From a virus: a stretch of DNA of 64,000 bases. Each line of letters opens with the position of its first letter. Position 1 is the first letter of the stretch. Shown one piece after another: positions 37,015-47,375 of this stretch. The translations under genes and the position numbers were made by a program. The stretch is taken from IMG/VR virus record IMGVR_UViG_3300045988_154277; one strand, given 5' to 3'. Under the pieces are notes generated by a model that ran no database searches, was not told the origin of the DNA, and saw only the letters and a list, made by a program, of their open reading frames with translations.

Positions 37015-38931
37015 TCAATCTAAGATACCGAAGAACGGACCGAACAGACCGATCGGTCGAGCGATGTTCGAAGTCTGAGGATCGTTGAAATAATCCTTGA
37101 GTCGTTCGAATGCAAGCTCCATCGACACAGTTCGGTTGCTGATCACATCTTCCAACTTACCGAACGTCACATGATAGGGATCGGTTACCGTACAGAGTTG
37201 ATAGTTCTGCTGGTTGTCGATCACCAAGTTGTGAAGCACGGTCTCCAGGTGGAAGATCGGGATCGAAGATTTTCGCCAGACGATCTCGCAGAAATCGTTC
37301 AACGCGTGAGGAACACTGTTATAGTTCCCTATCGTAGCGGTCAGGAAGGTCGCTACGCTCTTGGTATACGTGATCATATCATCGTTCATGATGATGAATT
37401 TGAACACGTCCTGCTTCGCATCGAACCCTGCCATCGGTACGATCACACCATCTTCGTCGAACTCCAACTTGTTGTAGTTGGTTCTCATGTGGTCCAGGAA
37501 CGCCTCACTCAGATACGGTACGAACGCATCGTACTCCATCTGGATCGTCTCCACCAGTTCCCCATCTTTCAACAGCTCCAGGTAAGACACCTTACTGAAC
37601 GACTCTGCGATGGGAAGTGTATCCAGGTTCAAGTCAACGATCGGCCCAAGCGCATCACTCGGGATCCGGATCTGATACTTATGGATATGTTTCCCCCACT
37701 TCTGATCGAACAGGATGGAGTTGTTGTTCTTGATGAAATACCTTGCAGCACTTTCCGTCAAGTTGTAGATGAGCGAGTTGGTGTTGATCAGGTGTTTCGC
37801 CGACAACACTTTCTGTGATACAGTGGATGATACCTTCGTAGAGCACAGCAGTCCGATATGGATCCCATGTGGAAGATACTTGATCAACCGATCCTTCCCA
37901 TATCCAGCACAGTGTTCACACATCCCGTCCAGATGGTTGCACCCGAACTGAGAGATCATGTTCACTGTTTGACCAACGTATCGATCGATGACGTTCATGT
38001 TGCTGAGAGCGACCCTTCGTCCATCATCGATGATGATCTTGTTGATGAAGTTCTTGGCATACTCTGGTTTGATCGTCATCGGGATCACGTTGTGATCGGA
38101 TCCACAATTTCCAGGATGAACCGTCTGTACCGTGGAACAACCGAGTCTCATCTTCCTTCCGAAATACTGAGACTTCTTGATCACATCTCGTGAGAAGAAG
38201 ATGGACTTCTTCGCTGAGAGGGATTCGGTTGCGAACTCCACCGGTGATTTCAACCCACTGAAGGATGAGGATGAGATCACGAACTTCCGCATCGTATCAT
38301 CGATGTCCGACCGAGGTCCATATGCCAGCAGCATCTGTGGGATCTGGTTGGTCTTCAGAACACCAGCTTGGATGTAGTGATACAGCACGTTGTTCGGAGT
38401 CTTCGGATCTTTCAAGATCTTCAGAAGTTCCTTCCCATCCTGTCTCAGCTGAGCTTCCGCAACCTGAGTACCCCACTTCGGATCGTAGACCTTATCAGCC
38501 AGTTCCTTGATCGGAGGATACTCCAACAGTTGCGTCAAGCTCAGACCATCGATAGATGGCATGTACTCACCCAACTCCGTTGTGATGAAGTTGTAGATCC
38601 TCGATACATTCCGGAAGATCTTGTGGACCATGAGCATGTGGTCCACGTCTGGACGCTCATCCAAAAACCGATCATAGATGATACTGTAGATCTTACTGCT
38701 ACTATCGCTGGAGATACTCTTGATATTGAACGTCTCCTTGATCGTTGGTAAGATCCCGAAGTACATCAACGGTTCCCAGTACAGGATATTCAGGATCGCC
38801 ATGCGTGTAGGCATCTGAACACTCTTGTTGTCTCCAAGAACCAGTTTACACATCCCACGATCTTGATGTGTCTGACGAAGTTGATCGGCATAACCGGCTT
38901 GGGTATACTGATCTGGTGTTAATACAAGCAT
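37015..38931 (-). CDS. RNAP beta-prime subunit C-terminal fragment (638 aa)
   Basis: NVLYHYIQAGVLKT aligns to bridge-helix NVLQYFISTHGARKG. GCSTVQTVHPGNCG aligns to trigger-loop GEPGTQLTMRTFHIGG. Start overlaps the stop of the beta C-terminal gene (ATGA). Confidence 0.5.
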   Translation of the reverse strand: MLVLTPDQYTQAGYADQLRQTHQDRGMCKLVLGDNKSVQMPTRMAILNILYWEPLMYFGILPTIKETFNIKSISSDSSSKIYSIIYDRFLDERPDVDHMLMVHKIFRNVSRIYNFITTELGEYMPSIDGLSLTQLLEYPPIKELADKVYDPKWGTQVAEAQLRQDGKELLKILKDPKTPNNVLYHYIQAGVLKTNQIPQMLLAYGPRSDIDDTMRKFVISSSSFSGLKSPVEFATESLSAKKSIFFSRDVIKKSQYFGRKMRLGCSTVQTVHPGNCGSDHNVIPMTIKPEYAKNFINKIIIDDGRRVALSNMNVIDRYVGQTVNMISQFGCNHLDGMCEHCAGYGKDRLIKYLPHGIHIGLLCSTKVSSTVSQKVLSAKHLINTNSLIYNLTESAARYFIKNNNSILFDQKWGKHIHKYQIRIPSDALGPIVDLNLDTLPIAESFSKVSYLELLKDGELVETIQMEYDAFVPYLSEAFLDHMRTNYNKLEFDEDGVIVPMAGFDAKQDVFKFIIMNDDMITYTKSVATFLTATIGNYNSVPHALNDFCEIVWRKSSIPIFHLETVLHNLVIDNQQNYQLCTVTDPYHVTFGKLEDVISNRTVSMELAFERLKDYFNDPQTSNIARPIGLFGPFFGILD

Positions 38932-41388
38932 TATACTTCCTCCTCGACTTCTTCGACCTCGAACCCGACGGCTGCCAGCTGGTGTTTGAAGATCCCGATG
39001 TTACTGGCACCATCGATCATCTCTTCTGTAGACATCCCGAGATCGTAGATCCCGCTGGGTTTATCAGCCGTCAGCAACAGATACTGGAGTCGATCGATCG
39101 CTGCAGGAGAGTTGCTGTATGTACACAGTAATCTCACAGCCATCTTCGCACCACAACACATCGTAAGAATAGCGGTCTCATCCTCACCATATCGGATCGG
39201 TGTTTGACCGAACATACTCTGTGCTTTCAGACTCTTGCTGTTGGGTTTGATCGGAGATAGGAACTGACTCTGATATCCGAACTCGATGCAGTTCAACTGG
39301 TCGATCGGGATCTTACCGAGCAGGTGGATATAGAGTTCTCCACAGAGAGCATCCGTACAGGTCTTCACCTGTTTCTTACCACCTTTCCCATCTTTGGCGT
39401 TGTAAGTAACCGGAGTTCTCCGGATCCCATACTTCTTCGCCAATCGATCGATCATCTCAGGACTGATGCTGTCACAGAACGGAGGGATCACCATAAAGAT
39501 CCCGTGTTTCTTGCAGCTGTCCACGAACTCATCTTCATAGTTCTTGGTCTTCTCACGAACATACTGCGCGAACACAGGTCTTACCTCTTGGAGATAATCG
39601 AGGATATACTCATATTGAGCTTCGATCGAACTCCACTGTTGAGTCCAGAGATTCCGCACAACCACATCAGAGACATAGTTGATATATTGTTCGTAATACT
39701 GACCACCATTCAGACGGTTGAACGGAGATGCACCTGTGATCAAGATACTGGCTCTGGTTCCATCCTCCATCGTCGGCATATCTTCATCTTCCCAGATGTC
39801 CGAGATCACACCTTTGTTACCAGCGTTACCAACCAGCTTGTAACCACGGTCGACTTCCCGCTGATAAGCATAAGTGATCTTAACTCGGATGAAGTCAACC
39901 GGTTCCTTCTTATTCATCAGGAACATGGACTTCCCACCTCTCCAGTAACTCCAACCTTTACAGCTGGTTACCAGAGTGTTGAACGCAGGAGTAACCTCAC
40001 GTCCTTCTCGTTTCATCTGCTCATACACATCAACGATAGCCGTCCAATAGGTGTGATACTGATCCTGATACTGCATCAGCTGGGCGTATGCTGTATCAGA
40101 ACTCAGCTCTGGATACTTCTTGTGGTTCGTGAAAATCTCAACATCGATCACAGTTGCACCGGCTTCTGCTCGATAGAGATCATCGTGGAACTCCTCTGCA
40201 CGACGGAGCTTCTCATCGGTCATATCCGTTAAGAACGAACTCTTGTTCTGTTTCCGGAATCCGATCAGGATCCCATCTTCACGGATCTGTTCACCGATTT
40301 CAGGGAACGTCTTATACTCGTTCTCCCCACCGTACAGATTCAGAGGGATGTCGTCGATCTTGACATCGATCGTCACACTGTCGATCACCGTGTGTGAGAG
40401 TTGTTTCTGAAGGCTTCTGCTGATCACGAATGCGTCTTCTGTGGTAGCCCACAGAGGAAGATATGCGACGTTGGCATTCACTCCCATCTTGTACAACCCA
40501 TCTTCGTGATTCGGAGATGTAACGAACTTCGTTGTTTGACTGACCAGACGTCCTTCTTGCAGCTGGTCAAAGTTCATCTGTTTGTTGATGTATCCGAATC
40601 CGCTATACAGTTCGGTATAACTGTCGACTTCGAAATACCCAACTTTACCATCTTCTGCTCCGATGTAGATCACAGTGAGACTGGGGTTGTTCTTGATCTT
40701 CTGAAGACCTGCGTTGACTCGGAACTTCGGGATCACAGCGACGATCTGTACGTCCTGATCTCGAGTACTTTTGTCAAATTCATATTTTCCGATCTTCGTC
40801 TCGTAGCCGGACTGGATCCGTGCTGTCTGACACCCATCCACCACCATCATCTGCGGGGCATTTGAGGAGAGCATTCTTTATGTTCAACCGAGTGCGTTAC
40901 TTCTCGGCCCGCAGCATTACCTGCTCCGCTTATAGATTTGCTATAAGAACAGACTATATCTCACTCCTTACTGAGTAAGGAGAACCTCCATTTCCACCCA
41001 CTTGGGTGTACATTTAGTCGTTGATCTTTCTTCTCAGAGAGAAGCTTAGAAGCTGATTTCCCATTGTTCGTTATCACACGATAACGACATCCCTTAGCAC
41101 CGTGTTGTTACACACAGCTTTTATTTCAGCATAGGACATTCTAATCATTCTTTCTGTCTTTCGACCGCGTTCACGCTTACCCTTGCGAGTTACGTTGTAG
41201 CTGATTAGACTTTAGTGGATCCCAGACCGTTAGAAGGTTGATTTCACCACTACATTACTGTAATAGCGCCCAATGTTGTTTAGGCCACGTTGCGAACTGA
41301 TGAACTGTAAGAAAGGTGAAAGGAGCGCAGGCGTTCCTGTCAATTCCGGTCTTACATTTAGATCTGATACAAATTGCGATGTCTTCAC
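38931..41388 (-). CDS. RNAP beta subunit C-terminal fragment, spliced (exon 1 about 41388..41287, exon 2 40871..38931)
   Basis: GNAGNKGVISDIWEDEDMPTMEDGTRASILITGASPFNRLNGGQYYEQ aligns to beta GRHGNKGVISKI...PSRMNIGQ. QSMFGQTPIRYGEDETAIL aligns to GGQRFGEMEVWAL. The listed ATG at 40874 is the last three nt of the intron. Exon 1 has a GTG start with AGGAGG 7 nt upstream and ends on CGU. Confidence 0.65.
40872..41286 (-). ncRNA. Group I intron B (about 415 nt, no ORF)
   Basis: Contains P7/P8/P7-prime as UCAACGACUAAAUG / CACCCAAGUGGGUG / GAUAUAGUCU. The P4/P5 region GCGGUCGAAAGACAGAAAG is near-identical to the beta-prime intron. P9 hairpins are present. Ends ...AAGAAUG. Confidence 0.65.
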
Positions 41389-41449
41389 ATTGATTCCTCC
41401 TAGTTTGGGTGTTATAGTTTCCAATGTTATGACTCAACATACTCAGATA

Positions 41450-41463
41450 GTAATATATACTCA
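41450..41463 (-). promoter_or_regulatory. Early-type promoter P5 (core TATATATTAC) driving the intron-containing beta-C gene
   Basis: Motif GTAATATATACTC sits about 60 nt upstream of the exon 1 start. The plus-strand gene 41482 also begins 20 nt to its right, so orientation here is ambiguous. Confidence 0.45.
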
Positions 41464-41481
41464 AAAGGGAGATGAAGCCAT

Positions 41482-41835
41482 ATGCCATCTACATTACGTG
41501 AACTCTTCGAAGAGCAAGTGGATCAGTACTGCAGTGAAGATCAGAACTGGGTACAGTTCGTAAGAGATCATTTTCAGTATCTCAGGAACACCGCACAAGA
41601 AGTCACTTTGGATGTCTACCGACACAACACGATGAAGTATCGATTGGAAGACTTCTTGGAGGATCAGCTCAAGATGTACCGATCTACTGCTTGGATCGTG
41701 TTGCTGATCAACCAGATGAACAGTAACGTGGATTTCCGAGAGATGTCATCGATCTTGATCCCTGACATGCGTGTGATCCAGTATCTGAGGAACACATACA
41801 ACACTGTAAAAGCCAATCAAGAAAACATGGTTTGA
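41482..41835 (+). CDS. Hypothetical protein (117 aa)
   Basis: RBS AAGGGAGA upstream. The only plus-strand gene in this region. Confidence 0.5.
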   Translation: MPSTLRELFEEQVDQYCSEDQNWVQFVRDHFQYLRNTAQEVTLDVYRHNTMKYRLEDFLEDQLKMYRSTAWIVLLINQMNSNVDFREMSSILIPDMRVIQYLRNTYNTVKANQENMV

Positions 41836-41839
41836 CCGA

Positions 41840-41874
41840 TAGTGAAGGTAGGGCTAATATCACCCTACCTTCAC
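41840..41874. terminator. Bidirectional terminator hairpin between convergent genes (agtgaaggtaggg...ccctaccttcact)
   Basis: 13-bp stem. Confidence 0.5.
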
Positions 41875-41881
41875 TATATCG

Positions 41882-42340
41882 TTATTGCTTGGAAACTGAC
41901 TTGTAGAGGAAGTTCTGGTACGCTCTGATGAACAGAGGATACGTCCAGAATGTATTATACTTGCGATCGAGATCTCGGATCACATCCCTCGATACATGGA
42001 ACTCTTCCAAGGAACGTAAGCAACGTTCTTTGTACTCAGCCATAACCGATGGTCCGTATTTCACGATACAAGACGCTGTGAATACAGCGATCCGATGTCC
42101 TGTCTTGTAAACAGGACTCTTCGATCCGAATAGATAATCTACACGTTTCACACCAGCTTTAGCGTTCAACGATGATGGATCCAATAGAGCGATGTTCTCA
42201 CAGACGTTATCATTCACCTCTGAAGAACGATCTTGATTCCTTCTATGAAGTTGACACTCCAGATCATAGAAGTATAAGAAATCATTGTAGATCTGATCAT
42301 CCAACTGTGGAGTCAGATGGGATGCTTTTGAAAAGAACAT
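41882..42340 (-). CDS. Hypothetical protein (about 152 aa, start MFFSKASH)
   Basis: RBS AGGAG 7 nt before the internal ATG at 42340. Confidence 0.45.
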   Translation of the reverse strand: MFFSKASHLTPQLDDQIYNDFLYFYDLECQLHRRNQDRSSEVNDNVCENIALLDPSSLNAKAGVKRVDYLFGSKSPVYKTGHRIAVFTASCIVKYGPSVMAEYKERCLRSLEEFHVSRDVIRDLDRKYNTFWTYPLFIRAYQNFLYKSVSKQ

Positions 42341-42383
42341 ATAGTATCTCCTGTTGTATAGGAAGATTGCATGTGATATCTTT

Positions 42384-43589
42384 CTACCCGATCGAAGAGA
42401 TCTTGCAGGGGACCCTTCCGATCGATGGGATCTCGAGCATATAAACATCATCGATCTCACCGATGTTCCAATTACCAGTGGACGCTGTAATAAGGGATGA
42501 TCCAGTAACCAATGTATCACTTCCTATCGTAGTTACTGTACGTGTCGTTTGATTACGGAGTACTGTAGTAGCATTGACGATGTCCGTTTGTAATGTGGTC
42601 ACAGTACGCAGACCTTGGTTGTTGATCATCGCCATCGGAGTATTCGTGATGATGTTCTTCAGCACAGAGAGGGCAAATCCACCCGCTACAGCAGTACCAA
42701 CATCTCCTACATAATTGAACGTAGCGTTCCCAAATCCTTTGTGATGGAACACATCCATCATCGTAGTTCCCACAGGTCCCTTGAACGACGCAACCGTGTT
42801 ACCATTTACATTGGTCACCAGGTTCCCACCTACGAAGAACTCTAAGTTCTTGGGAACATGGATCGCCATGTTCTTATCTTCCAGAGTGATCGATGTGCCA
42901 GCTGCATTTTCCAGCTTGATCCTTCCTCTGCAACCAGGTATCGGCTGAGACTCCAGCTTGATCGAGTTCGATGGGATCGATTTGTCTTTGACAGGTTGGT
43001 CCCAGATCTCAACGCTGCGTGAGTTCGTATCGATCTTGAAGAAATACCTCCAGTCTTCACCATCAGAAGCAGAAGTAGATAACAAGATGTGTTTATGATA
43101 CTTCGTATCGATCTCTAAGAAATAACTGTTGTCATCCGTGATACCAGCTTGTTTGCCTTCTACATCATCTCCGACAGCTCGACTCTTGTTGGTAATCGCT
43201 TGATCCAGAGCTGAGAACCGGATCTGTTCGAAGGTTCGCATGTAATCATCTCGTTCCAACGGTAACCAGAAGAACCGATCATCCGTTGCGAAGTTCAACA
43301 CGAGAACCTGTTGGTTCTTGTACATCGTCGGTACAGTACGGGATGTGAGTACACCAAGATACTCTGCAGTGATCGTCGTAGCGGTCTGTACGTTGACGGA
43401 CTCTTTCTGGTTTGTCATTACATTGGTCACTTCAACCGTATGAGTTGATGTTTCAGGGGTGATATCACCAGTCAACGTTGGGAGATATTCGGGTACGTAT
43501 ATGTGGAAGGTTCTCTGATTCCTGTAACCAGTTGATTCAGCCAGGTAACCGATGAACACTCTCCATCGATCAGACATAGGTGCTGCCAT
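42384..43589 (-). CDS. Hypothetical protein, structural-like (about 402 aa, start MAAPMSDRW)
   Basis: RBS AGGAGG 9 nt before the ATG at 43589. Confidence 0.5.
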   Translation of the reverse strand: MAAPMSDRWRVFIGYLAESTGYRNQRTFHIYVPEYLPTLTGDITPETSTHTVEVTNVMTNQKESVNVQTATTITAEYLGVLTSRTVPTMYKNQQVLVLNFATDDRFFWLPLERDDYMRTFEQIRFSALDQAITNKSRAVGDDVEGKQAGITDDNSYFLEIDTKYHKHILLSTSASDGEDWRYFFKIDTNSRSVEIWDQPVKDKSIPSNSIKLESQPIPGCRGRIKLENAAGTSITLEDKNMAIHVPKNLEFFVGGNLVTNVNGNTVASFKGPVGTTMMDVFHHKGFGNATFNYVGDVGTAVAGGFALSVLKNIITNTPMAMINNQGLRTVTTLQTDIVNATTVLRNQTTRTVTTIGSDTLVTGSSLITASTGNWNIGEIDDVYMLEIPSIGRVPCKISSIG

Positions 43590-43647
43590 GAGTATAATCC
43601 TCCTAATATTTAGGTCGTATAGGATCACTTCCGTAACAAAAGAAGAA

Positions 43648-43680
43648 CTATAGAGAGGGGTACCACCACCCTCTCTATAG
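43648..43680 (-). terminator. Terminator hairpin followed by UUCUUCUUUUGUU
   Basis: 12-bp stem ctatagagaggg/ccctctctatag. Confidence 0.65.
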
Positions 43681-43681
43681 T

Positions 43682-44050
43682 TCAATATACCAGATGTACG
43701 TTAGGATAGTCCTGCGATAACTTCTGTAACACAGGACTGATGATCTCATCGTAGATATGATAACGGTTCGCTAGTCCACTTCCTAACTTCGAGATCAGAT
43801 AGATCCTGTCAGGATGTGACTGGATCTCATCCAGAAGTCTAGCTAACTCTTGATCGAATACAGGACGATACTCGTCTGGACGGTAATACGAACGCTCAGA
43901 TAGACTGGGTCGTCGCTTCGTTACGAACCCATACGTCTGAGGATGCCACCGTAATGCAGCTGCACCACCTCTTCCCTGATGAAGCAGATTATCTCCATAT
44001 ACGAAGATCACGTTCGGATGATCGTCCAAGTACCGTTCTGTTACGATCAA
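43682..44050 (-). CDS. Hypothetical protein (122 aa; motif VIFVYGDNLLHQGRGGAA)
   Basis: ORF only; I could not assign a family confidently. Confidence 0.45.
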   Translation of the reverse strand: MIVTERYLDDHPNVIFVYGDNLLHQGRGGAAALRWHPQTYGFVTKRRPSLSERSYYRPDEYRPVFDQELARLLDEIQSHPDRIYLISKLGSGLANRYHIYDEIISPVLQKLSQDYPNVHLVY

Positions 44051-44505
44051 GCCTTGATAGGGTCCTGAGGATTCACCGGACCAACTCCTGCGTTGGAAGA
44101 TCCTTTGGTCTCCATCATGGTCAAGTAGAACCGAACCTTCGGTCGATCATCCACTTTCTTATCTTCGATCAGCTTCTTGTACCAGGGCGGGATCGCCGTG
44201 GGAGGGACGAAGATATCGATGTATCCCATTCCGTTGTCAACGCCAGTATCGGCTTTCAGACCGAACTCCGTCAACCACGTCGAGTTGATCTTCCGACCTT
44301 CGACGATCTGTTCGAATTCAAGAGCCCATTTCCGTTTGGTGATGTCAGATACTTCCTGATCCAACATCTGCCCAAGGAGTCGATGCAGACGTTCCTTGGG
44401 AGTGAGATTGCGGTCTACCGCACGCTTTACAGCCACAATAACCTCCTTGGTTAGTTGTTGATCGTTCGATTTATCACTCGATGATGTCCGTTGTCCAAAC
44501 ACCAC
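44047..44505 (-). CDS. Hypothetical protein (152 aa)
   Basis: ORF in an operon. Confidence 0.45.
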   Translation of the reverse strand: MVFGQRTSSSDKSNDQQLTKEVIVAVKRAVDRNLTPKERLHRLLGQMLDQEVSDITKRKWALEFEQIVEGRKINSTWLTEFGLKADTGVDNGMGYIDIFVPPTAIPPWYKKLIEDKKVDDRPKVRFYLTMMETKGSSNAGVGPVNPQDPIKA

Positions 44506-44672
44506 GGACAGAGTAATCGAGTATAATGTTGATTCCCTTGCGTAATTGCAAGGTAGTGTTCTTTACAGTGTGGGCAATACACTCTCCCACAACCATCACA
44601 AGCGTACTTGGGATCGTTGGGTTCTAGCTTCTTACCACACTGAGAACAGGTGACTTGATAGTTCGTATGCAT
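44451..44672 (-). CDS. Cys-rich zinc-ribbon-like small protein (about 73 aa)
   Basis: CSQCG...CDGCG...CPHC...CPWC. RBS AAGGAG upstream. Confidence 0.5.
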   Translation of the reverse strand: MHTNYQVTCSQCGKKLEPNDPKYACDGCGRVYCPHCKEHYLAITQGNQHYTRLLCPWCLDNGHHRVINRTINN

Positions 44673-45034
44673 CACTTCTCCTTCTTGATCGTTTCAAGAA
44701 GATCGCGAACAAGCATGTTGATTGCTTGGTTCTCTGGAAGATGACGGTGACCGGAGGCATTCCTTTCCAGCTTATCTTGTATCGTATCGTAGAAAGGTTC
44801 TGACTCTGGGTACCGTCCAACATCCGTCAGGATCTTCGTCAACTCCTCACGAACGATCTTCCTTACATACTCGTGATCGATACACTCATTCGGAAACTTC
44901 CATGCAGGATGCATCCTCGTGACACCTGGAGGGAGCGGTTCTTTTCCAGATGCAGTATCATCGATCAACTTATTCAATTCATCACTCATGATCATTTCTC
45001 CTTGATCGTCCAGATCTTCGAGTTCTTGAAACAA
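44672..45034 (-). CDS. Hypothetical protein (120 aa)
   Basis: ORF in an operon. Confidence 0.45.
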   Translation of the reverse strand: MFQELEDLDDQGEMIMSDELNKLIDDTASGKEPLPPGVTRMHPAWKFPNECIDHEYVRKIVREELTKILTDVGRYPESEPFYDTIQDKLERNASGHRHLPENQAINMLVRDLLETIKKEK

Positions 45035-47268
45035 GACTCCATCGTAAGACCCGTTGAAGTCTGTTTCTTATTCAGAAGGATCTGAACACGTTTCTTGGTC
45101 ATCAGGAATCTGAGACTCTTCAGATAAATGTGTTTAACCACACATCGCATCAGGATATCAGACGGTACTGTAAATCCAACCGACTCGTCCAACTTGAACA
45201 ACCCAACGAAGTGTGTCGTTCCCATCAGAAGTCGGTTGTACTTGGAACCATCTGTTACAAGCTCCAACGTCACAGTATTGAGATCGTTGGTGTTCATCGT
45301 GACCAGAACCAACCCTTCTCCCTGATCCAGTTTATCACCGACATACACCACATCGGTCTTCACACCGGTAGCCATCAGATTCGATCGCTTGGAGAACTCT
45401 GTATAGCGAACGGTACGAACACGACCACTCTTCTCGATCACGGTGAAATCATCACCAACAGGATAACAACTGTAGTTGCTATCGTCGATATACTGAGTTT
45501 CATTCACTCGATAAATCGTGTTCTCAGCGTGGTTCAAGATGATCGTGTGATGTGCGAAGTAAGGTGTGACTCGGAACACGTCACATTGGAACTCCTTCTG
45601 CAGATCGTAGTCTTTTGACAGGAACTGCGGAGGGATATTCGGATAGGGTGTTCCACTCAGATAAGGGATCTTCTTGTGCTTCGTAGAGGGATAGATCATG
45701 ATCTCGATATCACGAGACTCCCAACGACTTACCAAAGAAGACAACTCGGTAAGATCCTTCGCTTGGATCACGCCAGAGCCTTTCACTCTCAGTGCACAAG
45801 TAAACCGATTGAACTCGGTCTTACGAGTACACTTCTTACCATATTTCTCCTTGATCTTGAGAACCTGTTCGCTGACGATCTCATCCACTCTGCCGAACTG
45901 ATGTTGAAGATCATTGATGCGTTTCTTCACATCTTCCACCTTCGCAACCAGTTCTGCTTTACCCTGATGGGTGATCTGATGCATCTGGAGTCGAGACAGA
46001 AACTTCGCCTGATACTGAGACAACCCGAATGCTTGACACAATGGTTTGATCGTTGCTTCTTTGTTCTCCGCTTCTTTGAAGATACGAAGAACCTTATTCG
46101 TATTGTCAGCGATCACAACCAGCGCTGTCAATTCACGATATTCGTTGAAGAGATCAACATTGGTTTGTTTCAGATCAGATACGATCGAGGCGGTACGCAT
46201 CTGATACCAAGCATCCAACAATGTGATCGGATCCATACAGAGAAGTTTACCCTCGTGATTACAGAAGTTCCAGATCGGTGCTCTGGACATCGTGAACCGT
46301 ACGGTCTTCTTCAAAGTATCCAATACTTCGAATGGATCTCCACCTCGCTTCAGAGGGAGTTCCACATCACCCATCATCTTACCAGTAGTAAGATCGAGTA
46401 CTTCTGTGAAGTTCGACGTAACGAACGATGCTTTCTTGGTGAGCTGACCAAGTGGTTGTTTCACACACTTGGAGAAATCCTGACCGAACGGAATCGTACG
46501 GATGTTGATCTTATTGGGATGCAACTCCATCACACCACACGATACCAAAGAAGTATCGAACTTCCCTTCGCTGTAATCCTGCAACAGCTCCTGTTCATTC
46601 AAGATCAAACCAGCGACCGGATAGTCCGGGATCAGATACTTAGCATACTCTTTGTACGCTGTTGCAGCACTGATCGAGTTGTGATGACGTAAGTTGATAT
46701 ACTTCATCACAAGATCACAGACTGAGTTCAGGTTCAGATGAGGAAGTACTGAACGGAATCCGATCGCGATCCCTTGAGATCCTGTCAATAGAGCCATCGG
46801 GATCACCGGGATCAGATACGCTGGTTCCACTCCTTTACCAGTCTCTCTTGGAACATACACCAATGTTTTCTGGTTGGTATAGTTGAAGTAGACATCCCTA
46901 GCGAACTCCGCACTGGTTACGTCCAGATAACGAGGTGCTGCAGGATCACCACCACCATACGCTCCGATATTGCCTTCGCTGTAAACCAGAGGCTGACACT
47001 GGTTGAACGGTTGACACAGTCGGATCACGGCATCGTAGATACCACTATCGCCATGTGGATGATATTGATGCATGCAATCACCAACAACAGCTGCTCCTTT
47101 GATACGATCAGTACTATCTCCGATCGTAACCAAAATACGACGGTGGACCAATCTTAATCCATCGATATAGTTGGGTAATGCTTCCAGGATGGTGTACTTC
47201 CCATACTGTTCCATGTTCATCACAGAAGCATCACTTGCTGATATTTCACTTCTGAAATCTGTTTCCAT
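44992..47268 (-). CDS. DNA topoisomerase II large subunit, GyrA/ParC/T4-gp52-like (about 759 aa, start METDFRS)
   Basis: DGLRLVHRRIL (GyrA DGLKPVHRR), VVGDCMHQYHPHGDSGIYDAVIRLCQPF ([24 protein letters not shown]) and LLTGSQGIAIGFRSVLPHLNL ([21 protein letters not shown]). RBS AGGAG. Confidence 0.75.
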   Translation of the reverse strand: METDFRSEISASDASVMNMEQYGKYTILEALPNYIDGLRLVHRRILVTIGDSTDRIKGAAVVGDCMHQYHPHGDSGIYDAVIRLCQPFNQCQPLVYSEGNIGAYGGGDPAAPRYLDVTSAEFARDVYFNYTNQKTLVYVPRETGKGVEPAYLIPVIPMALLTGSQGIAIGFRSVLPHLNLNSVCDLVMKYINLRHHNSISAATAYKEYAKYLIPDYPVAGLILNEQELLQDYSEGKFDTSLVSCGVMELHPNKINIRTIPFGQDFSKCVKQPLGQLTKKASFVTSNFTEVLDLTTGKMMGDVELPLKRGGDPFEVLDTLKKTVRFTMSRAPIWNFCNHEGKLLCMDPITLLDAWYQMRTASIVSDLKQTNVDLFNEYRELTALVVIADNTNKVLRIFKEAENKEATIKPLCQAFGLSQYQAKFLSRLQMHQITHQGKAELVAKVEDVKKRINDLQHQFGRVDEIVSEQVLKIKEKYGKKCTRKTEFNRFTCALRVKGSGVIQAKDLTELSSLVSRWESRDIEIMIYPSTKHKKIPYLSGTPYPNIPPQFLSKDYDLQKEFQCDVFRVTPYFAHHTIILNHAENTIYRVNETQYIDDSNYSCYPVGDDFTVIEKSGRVRTVRYTEFSKRSNLMATGVKTDVVYVGDKLDQGEGLVLVTMNTNDLNTVTLELVTDGSKYNRLLMGTTHFVGLFKLDESVGFTVPSDILMRCVVKHIYLKSLRFLMTKKRVQILLNKKQTSTGLTMESCFKNSKIWTIKEK

Positions 47269-47319
47269 TGTAACTCCTAGGGTGTTGTGTTCTTGTATAC
47301 TGTGACTTCTTGCTATAGA

Positions 47320-47338
47320 GTTATATATACTTGAAACC
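47320..47338 (-). promoter_or_regulatory. Early-type promoter P6 (variant core TATATATAAC)
   Basis: GTTATATATACTTGAAACC sits about 52 nt upstream of the topoisomerase ATG. Confidence 0.5.
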
Positions 47339-47375
47339 AAGAAGAAACTAATAGTACTAGACATTACTTAAATGC

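Noticed and set aside
41230-41424. 64-aa ORF listed as an independent gene
   Set aside because: The C-terminal 18 codons (GLNNIGRYYSNVVVKSTF) are intron read-through. The upstream part is exon 1 of the beta-C gene.
41450-41463. Reading promoter P5 as plus-strand oriented, driving gene 41482..41835
   Set aside because: The six other copies all have only convergent genes to their right and an appropriately spaced minus-strand gene to their left. P5 is therefore most simply minus-oriented. A bidirectional role cannot be excluded.
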